From positions 6,324,001 through 6,388,000 of the forward strand of contig OZ024749.1 of the NCBI GenBank assembly GCA_964016885.1: a stretch of 64,000 bases of DNA, written 5' to 3'. Numbering within the stretch: the first letter of the stretch is position 1; every line of letters starts with the position of its first letter. Below, one piece after another: positions 50,521-64,000 of this stretch. The position numbers and the translations under genes are program-made. Source of the DNA: Eledone cirrhosa (Eukaryota). Under the pieces are notes generated by a model. It saw only the letters and a list, made by a program, of their open reading frames with translations. It had not been told where the DNA came from and made no database searches.

Positions 50521-52734
50521 GCGGTTACACAAAGTTAGTTCACCATACCGAGAACAATTGTTTCACCTTAGCGGATCCTCAGCTCGTAATGGGCATGGTT
50601 ATATGGAACGGGAAGGATAACCGTACGAACGCGCATGCGCAGAAACGGTCACTTCACTCAGGCAATACTAAATTGTGTGCGAGATGTGTAAGGGAGATAA
50701 CTGCGAAAGTCCGAAAGTTTCTAGTTGATAAGAAAATTAGAATGTTGTACTTCAATCCGGAGCTTTGTAGTTATGTAAGAGGTGTTTCCAGACGTGTGGA
50801 CAAAGTGTGAAGAATTCATTTCTTTAGTTTAGGCAATCGCTATTCCGTAATCTCTTTAGAATATTTATTCGTTCATCAATACATAGTCCACACGACGGAT
50901 TGCCCCTTGCGTGCGGCTTGTACTTAGTGATGGCTTCCCATTGAATGGAGTAGTCTATACTTGAGTCCTTCAGGGACCATACGTGGCTCGCGAGTTTCGT
51001 GGATTCAAGTATAGACTACTCCATTCAATGGAAAACCAAATACACATTGGCTATTATATATAGAGACAGGGAACAACGCTTCCGTTGGTCTTTCCAATTG
51101 CTAATACTATCTATCGGTCGCAACTCCAGGTAGAAGGAGCAACGTGAAATAAAGTGTCTTGCTTTTTTATTTCACGTTGCTCCTTCTACCTGGAGTTGCG
51201 ACTGATTGATAGTATTAGCAATTGGAAAGACCAATGGAAGTATCGTTTCCTCGGTCCGATTTGACGGAAGTTGATCGTTCCTATATATATATATATATGA
51301 AAGTGAAAAACAACAGCAACGCAGGAGTATAAGTTAAAAATGGTATTAGGTTCACGCTTAGTGAGAGTGGGGTGTGTGGGTGCGACGTTTTGGGCATAAG
51401 CCCTTCACCAGGAGAGTGTGTGGGGGGGACTCCGAGAAGGGGTGAGGGGGGAGTTGGTGAAAAAAGGAGTAAAAGATAAAACATGAAGTGGAAAATAAAA
51501 GTTAAAATACAAGTTGTAAAAAGATGTGAGGGATGTAGGGGCGGTGGTGCTTGGGAGACGGAAAGAGAAGGGGTAATGAAAAAAAGGTGTCCGAGTGAGG
51601 AGGGAGGAAGGTGAGGTGTGTGTGTAGATTTACGTGTGTGTGTGTATGCGTGGATGTAAGTGTGAGAGTCTGTGGGAGAGTGGAGTTGCATGCTTGTGGG
51701 TTTTGGAAAACCATTGTGTATGTTGGGGTGGAGTGTGAGTGTAAGTCTGTGTGTGTGTGTAGATGGAGAGGGGTCGGATGGGGCGAGGGAAAGCGTGCGG
51801 AATCCTGAGGCAGTGTGGCTGTATGTGTGGATGCACAGGTGTGTGTGTGTTTGTGTGGTGTGGACCGGACCCGTGTGGAATGTATGGTTGCGTGTGTACG
51901 GAAATGGTACAAGTGTTTGTGTGTGTCTATGTTTCTGAATGGTTTTCGGAGTGTGTATGTAAAGTGAAGGCACGGTTCCGAGTTGGAAACGCATAGATAT
52001 CCAAGGGTGTAAACTCTGCGGTAGGATCCGTGGGAACGGTGAGGAGGAAGTAGAAAGTTATGGGGCGTGCGCTATAGGAAGTGGTCAAAATGGTCAAGTG
52101 AACGGGTGGAGATGGCAGGGTGATGTGTGGGAGGGAGGGAGGGGATGAGGGGAGCAGACCAGATTGGTGACAGGTAGTGGCAGAGCTCCATATATTTATA
52201 CATGGTACTCCTTACTGTTTTGATATTTCCCCTCCTGGGACAAAATGTTTAAAGTCTATCTTAAGTACAGAGGCTCCTTAAGCTCATGCTTATTCTGGTT
52301 TCCATGGTGTGAAGCAACCGAGAGTATGATAAGACTCCCCTGGATAGGACCCCAGTCCATCACAGAGTTAAACACCCAGCTACTGCTAGTACTCATTTTT
52401 AGATGAGTATACTGGTGCAACGTGAACAAGAACACAACACAAACTCAGTCCAGAAATCGAACCCAAGACATTAGGACTGTAAGTCCAACGCCCTTACCAC
52501 TACACCACACACCTCCACAGAACACAACACACCACCCAGTCCAGGAGTCGAACCCACAACATTATGAGCGTAAGTCCAATACCCTTACCACTAGGCCAAT
52601 AATTAAATAACACCATGTTGGAGTTATTTAATTATTGCCAGCATTAGACAGCATTAGCATATTCAACTTATAGATCCATTCATGATAGCCAGCTCTGTCT
52701 TTGATCTAACACAATACAATGCCAAGAAGAAAGT

Positions 52735-53090
52735 TACTTGTATGTGTGAGATCTCAACTGACATATGGAGAACAATCTTGGCTTCCAAAAGAAATTGAAA
52801 TACAAAAAAATGGAATCATGCTGGATTCAATTTCAAAGAGGCAAGGTTAAAAAGGATTGGAGCAGAGTCAATTGAGATGAAGGAGAATACAATTTTCCAT
52901 ACGCTAACTTAGAAATACAGAATACCGTCAAGCCTTACCCCTCACCACCACCAAATTTCATCAGTGCGAAACAACTCAAGTACACTAAACATGAAATGTC
53001 TAGTACAAAGAAACTATTGTTTGCCAAACCAAGCAGAAGATTTTACAGGGATGTCTGGTTGAAGTATGCAGAAATACTAAACCTGATTGT
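52735..53090 (+). pseudogene. Ancient RTE-like ORF C-terminal remnant
   Basis: CVRSQLTYGEQSWLPKEIEIQK, then frameshifted ...NFISAKQLKY resembles the RTE 'CVRS.L.YG.E.W ... RL.W.GH' region; heavily decayed. Confidence 0.45.
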
Positions 53091-53994
53091 TTATAAGACA
53101 AAGAAGTTAACACAATCAAAGTGTCACGTTAGTCAATGAAACTAGTTTGCCTCAAGGACTTCAGTAAACTTCATGAAGGATTCCTTGGGATGGAATTTGG
53201 AATAACAGGGTTAATTCATAGTTGCACCAGTAATTAAGACGTTTAATAACATTTAATTAATTTTTTTTTAATTAGATATATATATTTGAAATTGAGTTAG
53301 AAATAGCTTTCGCCACATGTTTGACTAAAGAAAATTAGCCTGATAGTGGGGTTTAAAAACCCTCTAAGTAGAAAAAGATGAGTATTGACATGCATGGGAG
53401 TTGAACCCACATCTTTGGTGATCCAGACTTGCTTTATTATTATACTCACTATGAATATATAGTTTCTAATTTGAATGGAGAGGGATGAGTGATGTATTGG
53501 TGTAGTGTTAGCACATTGGTCTGGATAAACAAAGATGTGGGTTCAACTCCCATGTAAGTCAATACACATGTTTTTCCATTTCGAGGTTTTTCAAATCCCA
53601 CTATCTAAACTATAATAAAGTAAGGTCTGCAGGACTGCGTACGGTTTATTTCTTTTAATCCAGTTAGTAAAATAAGTTGGATTACTTTGAATAAATAATG
53701 AATGAATATTAAATAATTTATGTACTAAATTTCGTAAACAAATAATTTCGTAAAAATTAATAATTTCAAATTGACTTCTTTTCAAAGTTGCACTTCCTGT
53801 ATATTGTCGCCACCACCACCACTTCAACTACCATATATATAGAAAGAGAGAGTGCGTGATGAGAGAGATAGAGAGATTATGATTTTCTACACGCTGACGC
53901 ATTATGATTTTACACATACATACATCTATATGTATGAGTATATAACTATAATAGAGCAAACACAAACTTATAAAAATACACTTTCATGGACATA

Positions 53995-54582
53995 ATTCAC
54001 ACAAATATACATACTTTCACACATACTTTCACACAAACTTTCACACAAACATACATACTTTCACACATATACATTTACACAAACATACATACTTTCACAC
54101 ACATTTACATACATTCACACAAATATACATACATTCACACATACTTTCACACAAATATACATACATTCACACATGTACATTTACACAAACATACATACAT
54201 TCGCATATACTTTCACACAAATATACATACATTCACACATACTTTCACACACATACCCATACATTCACACAAACATACATACATTCACACATATACATTT
54301 ACACAAACATACATACATTCACACATACTTTCACACACATTTGCATACATTCACACATACTTTCACACAAATACACATACATTCACACACATACTTTCAC
54401 ACAAACATACATACATTAACACATACTTTCACACAAATACACATACATTCACACACATACATTCACACAAACATACATACATTAACACATACTTTCACAC
54501 AAATATACATACATAAACACATATACATTTTCACAAACATACATACATTCACACATATACATTTACACAAACACACACATAC
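53995..54582. repeat. Degenerate (CA/TACA)-rich repeat
   Basis: acattcacacatactttcacacaaat units. Confidence 0.85.
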
Positions 54583-55171
54583 AGTCATGATAGTGTTCGG
54601 TTTAATTGGAGACGGGAGGGTAAAACAAGTATAACGTTTTATTTATGTATTAACTTTTTTTTTTTTAAACTCATTTAATATAATGGTTAGAGAAGGAAAA
54701 CTCTAACAAACATAATATATACAAAGGAAAGAGAAAAAATACAAAAGCAGGTAATACACACATCTTAGGGTACAGACCAGTATGCAGGCAAATATTCAGT
54801 TAAATATACTGGAGCAACGTGAAATGAAGTGTTTTGCTCAAGAACACAACACTCAACCCAGGAATTGAACCCATGTTCTTATGATCGTTAGTTCAACACA
54901 CTTACCACTAGATCACATGCTTGCACACACACACACACACACATATATATATACATATGCTGATCAGTCACTGTATATTTCATTAAATATATATTTCCAC
55001 TAGTTGGCAGGTAAACAGTATCCTGTACTGATGAAGGGTAATTACCCAGAAACATTAGTGTCTGCCTTTCTGTTTGTATGCCAACACAAGAGCATGAATG
55101 ATGGGGTCATTCTACTGACTTGGCTTAAGGAGGCTGTTTGCACAATTGCAAACAAATCGAATATTATTATT

Positions 55172-55543
55172 TGGATTGGCAGTATTGGTAGAGGGTTGGA
55201 CGCCATGCTTTGCAGCAAAGAGTTACGACCCTTTATGGTCTGAATTCAAATCCCGCCGAGGTTAACTTTGCCTTTCATCCTTACGGGGTCGATAAAATAA
55301 AGTACCAGTAATACACTGGAATAATTGCTGGCCTTGTGCCTAAAGTAGAAATAATTATTTGAATTGGCAGTATCGATAGAGGGTTGGACGCCATGCTTTC
55401 CAGCATAGTTACGTCCCTTTACGGTCTGAGTTCAAATCCCGCTGAGGTTAACTTTGGCTTTCATCCATACGGGGGGGTCGATAAAATAAAGTACCAGTAA
55501 TGCACTGGGTAATTGCTGGCCTTGTGCCAAAAGTAGAAACAAT
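55172..55543 (+). mobile_element. Two tandem S2 SINEs
   Basis: ggattggcagtattggtagagggttgga...gccttgtgcc.aaagtagaaa twice; another copy at 57155-57347. Confidence 0.82.
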
Positions 55544-56149
55544 CGATAAAACTATTTGTTAGTTATATACATGCATTTATACACAAATTCTAGATGCTGC
55601 ACTTTTCTTTCCTCTGCTGAATTATTTTTATTTATCATTCTCTACAACTGAAATTAAATTACAATAACAACAATAGCAACAACAACATCATTAATAAAAA
55701 AACAATAGTGTTGATAAATAGTTATTTTCTTGATTGCACCTCCTAAGTCGGAAATTATAAGTTTAGAATTATTCATCATTTTCTCTCTTAATTTTCTCAA
55801 CATTGTAAAAAAATAGAATAAGTGCATCTAATTTGATGTTATCTATAACTTCTACTAATCAAACTAAATATACGTCTAGATTTCGGGGTTGCTGCTAATA
55901 TAGACATATATGTCTATTATTTTTTTTTTCCTTTCCATATCTGTCTGTATGTACATATGTATGTGTGTCTATCTACCTATATCTCTGTATGTCCTTCTGT
56001 CTCACTATCTAACTGCCTACATATCTATCTCTCTGTATATGTGTCTCTCTATCTATCTATATATTCGCCTACCTACCTATCTCTCTATCTATCTAATTAA
56101 TTTCGTGCAAATAAAGAAATATATCTACCTAATTACTTTTGTCATTCTA

Positions 56150-57000
56150 TAGAGGGTTGGTCCGCAGCAAGTGCGACGACACGCTCGGAGAAACTCTAGG
56201 CGTAGAGGAAGACGAACTGGCCAGTCTGTTCAGTAGGACCTTCCACCCGGGACCAATGGATAACTTCCAAAAGTCCCTGGCCTGGCAGTGCTACGGAGGA
56301 GCTCTACCTGTTCAAGACAAGCTCTACAGACACGGGCGCCTGGGCAGGGATCCTTCGAAAAAGATCTGTCCGAGATGCATGCGCGAGGAAACCGTTGTGT
56401 ATGCATTCATACACTGCCCGGGCGTTACCGACCTGTGGGGCTATGTAGAACGACTTTTGTCGCGGGTGGGACCAAACCGGTTGACCACTGAGTCCATTGT
56501 CATGATCAAACCGCCACCCTCCTTCAAAAGCGAAGGAGAGGCGGTTTTCCTATGTGTTATGGCTATGGTCAAAGAGATTATATGGTGGATGAGGTTAAAA
56601 GGGCTGAGGTCAGACACCTTTCTCTCCGGCGAGCAACTGATTCGTTTTTTCAAATATCATTTTGTAAGAAGAATCAGGATGGAGAGAGAGGTGCTGTACC
56701 CCAGCAAATTTTATAAAAGGTGGGTGAATGTGGCAAAGATGGCCCGAGTGGTTGGGCCTTCTCTCTATAAGCCTGTAGGTTGAGGAAAAAGAGGAAGGGA
56801 GTACTCACTCTTGGTGCTCCTGGAGATGAGGGTTGTACATTTTTTCGGGGTGTGTACAACCCCTGTGTAACGCCTCCCCCCTATTGGGGATTTCAATTGT
56901 TATTTGTTATTTTATTAATAGTTTTATTTTCATATACCTGTATGTAAACTCCCCATTTGTATTTGTCCCCTTCTTTTGTGCCCTTGTGGCTAATAAAGAA
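56150..57000 (+). mobile_element. 5'-truncated L1/Tx1-clade LINE (zf-RVT domain and 3' UTR)
   Basis: AWQCYGGALPVQDKL...CPRCMREETVVYAFIHCPGVTDLW...KEIIWWMR, a zf-RVT signature; ends aataaagaa inside a (TCTA)n-rich tract. Confidence 0.8.
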
Positions 57001-57409
57001 ATTTATCTAATTACCTACATATCTATCTATCTGTATATATGTATGTGTCTCTCTATCTCTCTAAATATTTGTCTACCTACCTATATGTCTATCTCTCAAA
57101 GGATGCCTTTCTATCTAGCCATATATTATATATCATCATTATAGTTATCCTCGAGGGCAGTGGATTGGCTGTATCGGTAGAGGGTCGGACACCATGCTTT
57201 GCAGCATAGCATTATGGCCCTATATGAGCTGAGTTCAAATCCCACCGAGGTTAACTTTTTGTCTTTCATCCTTAAGGGGTCGATAAAATAAAGTACCAGT
57301 AATACACTGGGATAATTGCTGGCCTTGTGCCAAAAGTTGAAACCATTGTAGTTATCAACGTTATCATCATTTATTATCTGTTTTCCCTGCTAGCCTGAGG
57401 TGGAGACTT

Positions 57410-59250
57410 CATGACACACCAAGTCAGTACTAAAGTAGGACTGGTGACTTCTCAGAAGACCCAAAGTCCTACATCTTACTTACATCTATGACAGACTAAG
57501 TCAGTACTAAAGTAGGACTGGTGACTTCTCAGAAGACCCAAAGTCCTACATCTTACTTACATCTATGACAGACTAAGTCAGTACTAAAGTAGGACTAGTG
57601 ACTTCTCAGAAGACCCATAGTCCTGCATCTTACTTACATCTATGACACACCAAGTCAGTACTAAAGTAGGACTAGTGACTTCTCAGAAGACCCATAGTCC
57701 TACATCTTACTTACATCTATGACAGACTAAGTCAGTACTAAAGTAGGACTAGTGACTTCTCAGAAGACCCATAGTCCTACATCTTACTTACATCTATGAC
57801 AGACTAAGTCAGTACTAAAGTAGGACTAGTGACTTCTCAGAAGACCCATAGTCCTACATCTTACTTACATCTATGACACACCAAGTCAGTACTAAAGTAG
57901 GACTAGTGACTTCTCAGAAGACCCATAGTCCTACATCTTACTTACATCTATGACAGACTAAGTCAGTACTAAAGTAGGACTAGTGACTTCTCAGAAGACC
58001 CATAGTCCTACATCTTACTTACATCTATGACACACCAAGTCAGTACTAAAGTAGGACTAGTGACTTCTCAGAAGACCCATAGTCCTACATCTTACTTACA
58101 TCTATGACAGACTAAGTCAGTACTAAAGTAGGACTAGTGACTTCTCAGAAGACCCATAGTCCTACATCTTACTTACATCTATGACAGACCAAGTCAGTAC
58201 TAAAGTAGGACTAGTGACTTCTCAGAAGACCCAAAGTCCTACATCTTACTTACATCTATGACAGACTAAGTCAGTACTAAAGTAGGACTAGTGACTTCTC
58301 AGAAGACCCATAGTCCTACATCTTACTTACATCTATGACAGACCAAGTCAGTACTAAAGTAGGACTAGTGACTTCTCAGAAGACCCAAAGTCCTACATCT
58401 TACTTACATCTATGACAGACTAAGTCAGTACTAAAGTAGGACTAGTGACTTCTCAGAAGACCCATAGTCCTACATCTTACTTACATCTATGACACACCAA
58501 GTCAGTACTAAAGTAGGACTAGTGACTTCTCAGAAGACCCATAGTCCTACATCTTACTTACATCTATGACACACCAAGTCAGTACTAAAGTAGGACTAGT
58601 GACTTCTCAGAAGACCCATAGTCCTACATCTTACTTACATCTATGACACACCAAGTCAGTACTAAAGTAGGACTAGTGACTTCTCAGAAGACCCATAGTC
58701 CTACATCTTACTTACATCTATGACAGACTAAGTCAGTACTAAAGTAGGACTAGTGACTTCTCAGAAGACCCATAGTCCTGCATCTTACTTACATCTATGA
58801 CAGACTAAGTCAGTACTAAAGTAGGACTAGTGACTTCTCAGAAGACCCATAGTCCTACATCTTACTTACATCTATGACAGACTAAGTCAGTACTAAAGTA
58901 GGACTAGTGACTTCTCAGAAGACCCATAGTCCTACATCTTACTTACATCTATGACAGACTAAGTCAGTACTAAAGTAGGACTAGTGACTTCTCAGAAGAC
59001 CCATAGTCCTACATCTTACTTACATCTATGACAGACCAAGTCAGTACTAAAGTAGGACTAGTGACTTCTCAGAAGACCCAAAGTCCTACATCTTACTTAC
59101 ATCTATGACACACCAAGTCAGTACTAAAGTAGGACTAGTGACTTCTCAGAAGACTCATAGTCCTACATCTTACTTACATCTATGACAGACTAAGTCAGTA
59201 CTAAAGTAGGACTAGTGACTTCTCAGAAGACCCAAAGTCCTACATCTTAA
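57410..59250. repeat. 77-bp satellite, about 24 copies
   Basis: Unit aagtcagtactaaagtaggactagtgacttctcagaagacccatagtcctacatcttacttacatctatgacagact. Confidence 0.97.
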
Positions 59251-59624
59251 CTACCTTTCCACACTCTACCAACTGTTCAAATCAGCTGCATGCCCACGTA
59301 ACATTCACATAAGTTCTTGTGCTCTATTGACAGCATTTTAACCTGGTACCAACACTAGGGAGGTTGTTATGTCTTTCATACACCTGAAGAGTTTTCCTTT
59401 ATCCTTTGTTTGGCAGGTTTTCTAGGGCCGGATATCCTATCACTAACTATTTTACAGAATCTACTGAAGGGGTTTATCATACAAACCCCCAAGGTGAGAA
59501 AGGTTTTAAGGCCATTGACACAACTGAAAAGTCCGCTAGTGCCTTTTTTAAGCAGTAGAATTTATTTCAACATGCTGATGCGTATGTGTATATGTGTGAA
59601 AGTGTGTGTGTGTGTGCATGTGTG

Positions 59625-59656
<32 letters not shown>

Positions 59657-59799
59657 CATGTGTGTGTGTGCATGTGTGTGTGTGTGTGTGCGCATATGCA
59701 TAAATTTTTATGTACAATGAGTATATGAATATAAATGTTTAAACACAGACACGTTTACAAAAAATACACACTCACAGACATACATTCACACAAACATAC

Positions 59800-62700
59800 A
59801 CACAGAACCATACACTGACAGAACCACACACACACACAGAACCACACACTCACAGAACCACACACACACAGAACCACACACACACACAGAACCATACACT
59901 GACAGAACCACACACACACAGAACCACACACACACACAGAACCACACACACACAGAACCATACACACACAGAACCACACACACACAGAACCATACACTGA
60001 CAGAACCATACACACACAGAACCATACACTCACAGAACCATACACACACAGAACCATACACTGACAGAACCATACATTCACACAAACATGCACACAGAAC
60101 CCTACACTGACAGAACCACACACAGAACCATACACTCACAGAACCATACATTCACACAAACATGCACACAGAACCATACACTCACAGAACCACACACACA
60201 CAGAACCACACACACACAGAACCATACACACACAGAACCATACACACACAGAACCATACACACACAGAACCATACACACACAGAACCATACACTGACAGA
60301 ACCACACACACACAGAACCACACACTCACAGAACCATACACTCACAGAACCATACACTCACAGAACCATACACTCACAGAACCACACACTCACAGAACCA
60401 TACACTCACAGAACCATACACTCACAGAACCACACACACACAGAACCACACACTCACAGAACCATACACTCACAGAACCATACACTCACAGAACCATACA
60501 CTCACAGAACCACACACTCACAGAACCATACACACACAGAACCATACACTCACAGAACCATACACTCACAGAACCATACACTCACAGAACCATACACACA
60601 CAGAACCACACACTCACAGAACCATACACACACAGAACCACACACACACAGAACCACACACACACAGAACCATACACACACAGAACCACACACTCACATA
60701 ACCACACACTCACAGAACCACACACTCACAGAACCATACACTCACAGAACCACACACTCACAGAACCATACACTCACAGAACCACACACTCACAGAACCA
60801 TACACACACAGAACCACACACTCACAGAACCATACACACACAGAACCACACACACACACAGAACCACACACACACAGAACCATACACACACAGAACCATA
60901 CACAGACAGAACCATACACACACAGAACCACACACTCACAGAACCATACACACACAGAACCACACACACACACAGAACCACACACACACAGAACCACACA
61001 CTCACAGAACCATACACTCACAGAACCATACACACACAGAACCACACACTCACAGAACCATACACACACAGAACCACACACACACACAGAACCACACACT
61101 CACAGAACCATACACACACAGAACCACACACACACACAGAACCACACACTCACAGAACCATACACTCACAGAACCATACACACACAGAACCATACACTCA
61201 CAGAACCACACACACAGAACCACACACACACAGAACCATACACACACAGAACCACACACTCACAGAACCATACACTCACAGAACCATACACTAACAGAAC
61301 CATACACACACAGAACCACACACACACAGAACCATACACTCACAGAACCACACACACAGAACCACACACACACAGAACCATACACTCACAGAACCATACA
61401 CTCACAGAACCATACACACACAGAACCACACACACACAGAACCATACACTCACAGAACCACACACACACAGAACCATACACTCACAGAACCATACACTCA
61501 CAGAACCATACACTCACAGAACCATACACTCACAGAACCATACACTCACAGAACCATACACACACAGAACCACACACACACAGAACCATACACTCACAGA
61601 ACCACACACACAGAACCACACACACACAGAACCATACACTCACAGAACCATACACTCACAGAACCACACACACACAGAACCATACACACACAGAACCACA
61701 CACTCACAGAACCATACACACACAGAACCATACACTCACAGAACCATACACTCACAGAACCACACACACACAGAACCATACACTCACAGAACCACACACA
61801 CAGAACCACACACACACAGAACCATACACACACAGAACCACACACTCACAGAACCATACACTCACAGAACCACACACTCACAGAACCATACACTCACAGA
61901 ACCATACACACACAGAACCATACACACACAGAACCACACACTCACAGAACCATATACTCACAGAACCATACACTCAAAGAACCATACACACACAGAACCA
62001 TACACTCACAGAACCACACACTCACAGAACCATACACTCACAGAACCATACACACACAGAACCATACACACACAGAACCACACACACACAGAACCATACA
62101 CTCACAGAACCACACACTCACAGAACCATACACTCACAGAACCATACACTCACAGAACCATACACACACAGAACCACACACTCACAGAACCATACACTCA
62201 CAGAACCATACACTCAAAGAACCATACACACACAGAACCATACACTCACAGAACCATACACACACAGAACCACACACACACAGAACCATACACTCACAGA
62301 ACCATACACACACAGAACCACACACACACAGAACCACACACTCACAGAACCATACACTCAAAGAACCATACACACACAGAAGCACACACACACATAACCA
62401 TACACTCACAGAACCATACACTCACAGAACCATACACACACAGAACCATACACTCACAGAACCACACACTCACAGAACCATACACTCACAGAACCACACA
62501 CACACAGAACCATACACACACAGAACCACACACACACAGAACCATACACTCACAGAACCATACACACACAGAACCACACACACACAGAACCATACACTCA
62601 CAGAACCACACACACACACAGAACCATACACACACAGAACCACACACACACACAGAACCACACACACACAGAACCATACACACACAGAACCATACACAGA

Positions 62701-64000
62701 CAGAACCATACACACACAGAACCACACACTCACAGAACCATACACACACAGAACCACACACACACACAGAACCACACACACACAGAACCACACACTCACA
62801 GAACCATACACTCACAGAACCATACACACACAGAACCACACACTCACAGAACCATACACACACAGAACCACACACACACACAGAACCACACACTCACAGA
62901 ACCATACACACACAAAACCACACACACACACAGAACCACACACTCACAGAACCATACACTCACAGAACCATACACACACAGAACCATACACTCACAGAAC
63001 CACACACACAGAACCACACACACACAGAACCATACACACACAGAACCACACACTCACAGAACCATACACTCACAGAACCATACACTAACAGAACCATACA
63101 CACACAGAACCACACACACACAGAACCATACACTCACAGAACCACACACACAGAACCACACACACACAGAACCATACACTCACAGAACCATACACTCACA
63201 GAACCATACACACACAGAACCACACACACACAGAACCATACACTCACAGAACCACACACACACAGAACCATACACTCACAGAACCATACACTCACAGAAC
63301 CACACACTCACAGAACCATACACTCACAGAACCATACACTCACAGAACCATACACACACAGAACCACACACACACAGAACCATACACTCACAGAACCACA
63401 CACACAGAACCACACACACACAGAACCATACACTCACAGAACCATACACTCACAGAACCACACACACACAGAACCATACACACACAGAACCACACACTCA
63501 CAGAACCATACACACACAGAACCATACACTCACAGAACCATACACTCACAGAACCACACACACACAGAACCATACACTCACAGAACCACACACACAGAAC
63601 CACACACACACAGAACCATACACACACAGAACGACACACTCACAGAACCATACACTCACAGAACCACACACTCACAGAACCATACACTCACAGAACCATA
63701 CACACACAGAACCATACACACACAGAACCACACACTCACAGAACCATACACTCACAGAACCATACACTCAAAGAACCATACACACACAGAACCATACACT
63801 CACAGAACCACACACTCACAGAACCATACACTCACAGAACCATACACACACAGAACCATACACACACAGAACCACACACACACAGAACCATACACTCACA
63901 GAACCACACACTCACAGAACCATACACTCACAGAACCATACACACACAGAACCACACACTCACAGAACCATACACTCACAGAACCATACACTCAAAGAAC
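59800..64000. repeat. 16-bp satellite (cagaaccatacactca), running off the window end
   Basis: 14-18-bp variants of cagaaccaYacacWca. Confidence 0.97.

Noticed and set aside
57410-59250. Tandem hammerhead (retrozyme-like) satellite, prompted by minus-strand CTGAGAA plus a hairpin
   Set aside because: No GAAA after the putative stem II and no stem III/UH geometry.
60088-62397. 769-aa His/Thr-rich ORF
   Set aside because: Translation of the 16-bp satellite.

Overview
Repeat-saturated, AT-rich animal genomic DNA. The SINE, RTE and microsatellite make-up suggests an octopod cephalopod (inference, not proven). Three short, phase-consistent minus-strand exons (37552-37668, 21219-21358, 16583-16658) encode a coiled-coil segment resembling the ciliary ruler protein CCDC39, so most of the window is probably intronic. 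The introns hold: one intact 1039-aa RTE-clade LINE ORF, a decayed near-full RTE and several truncated RTEs; CR1 and Tx1/L1 3' ends; non-autonomous Helitrons (one with a Pif1 helicase fragment); piggyBac-like and mariner-like MITEs; tRNA-derived SINE families; and many satellites (16, 41, 46, 61, 72 and 77 bp units), several visibly born inside transposons. The most notable signal is a set of short non-coding elements inserted in (TA)n tracts. They carry minimal type-I hammerhead ribozyme motifs, both canonical and with a U3-A8 covariant core, and often form near-perfect foldback palindromes with an unpaired tail, consistent with non-autonomous Penelope-like pLTR elements. Most long ORFs in the supplied track are microsatellite artefacts.
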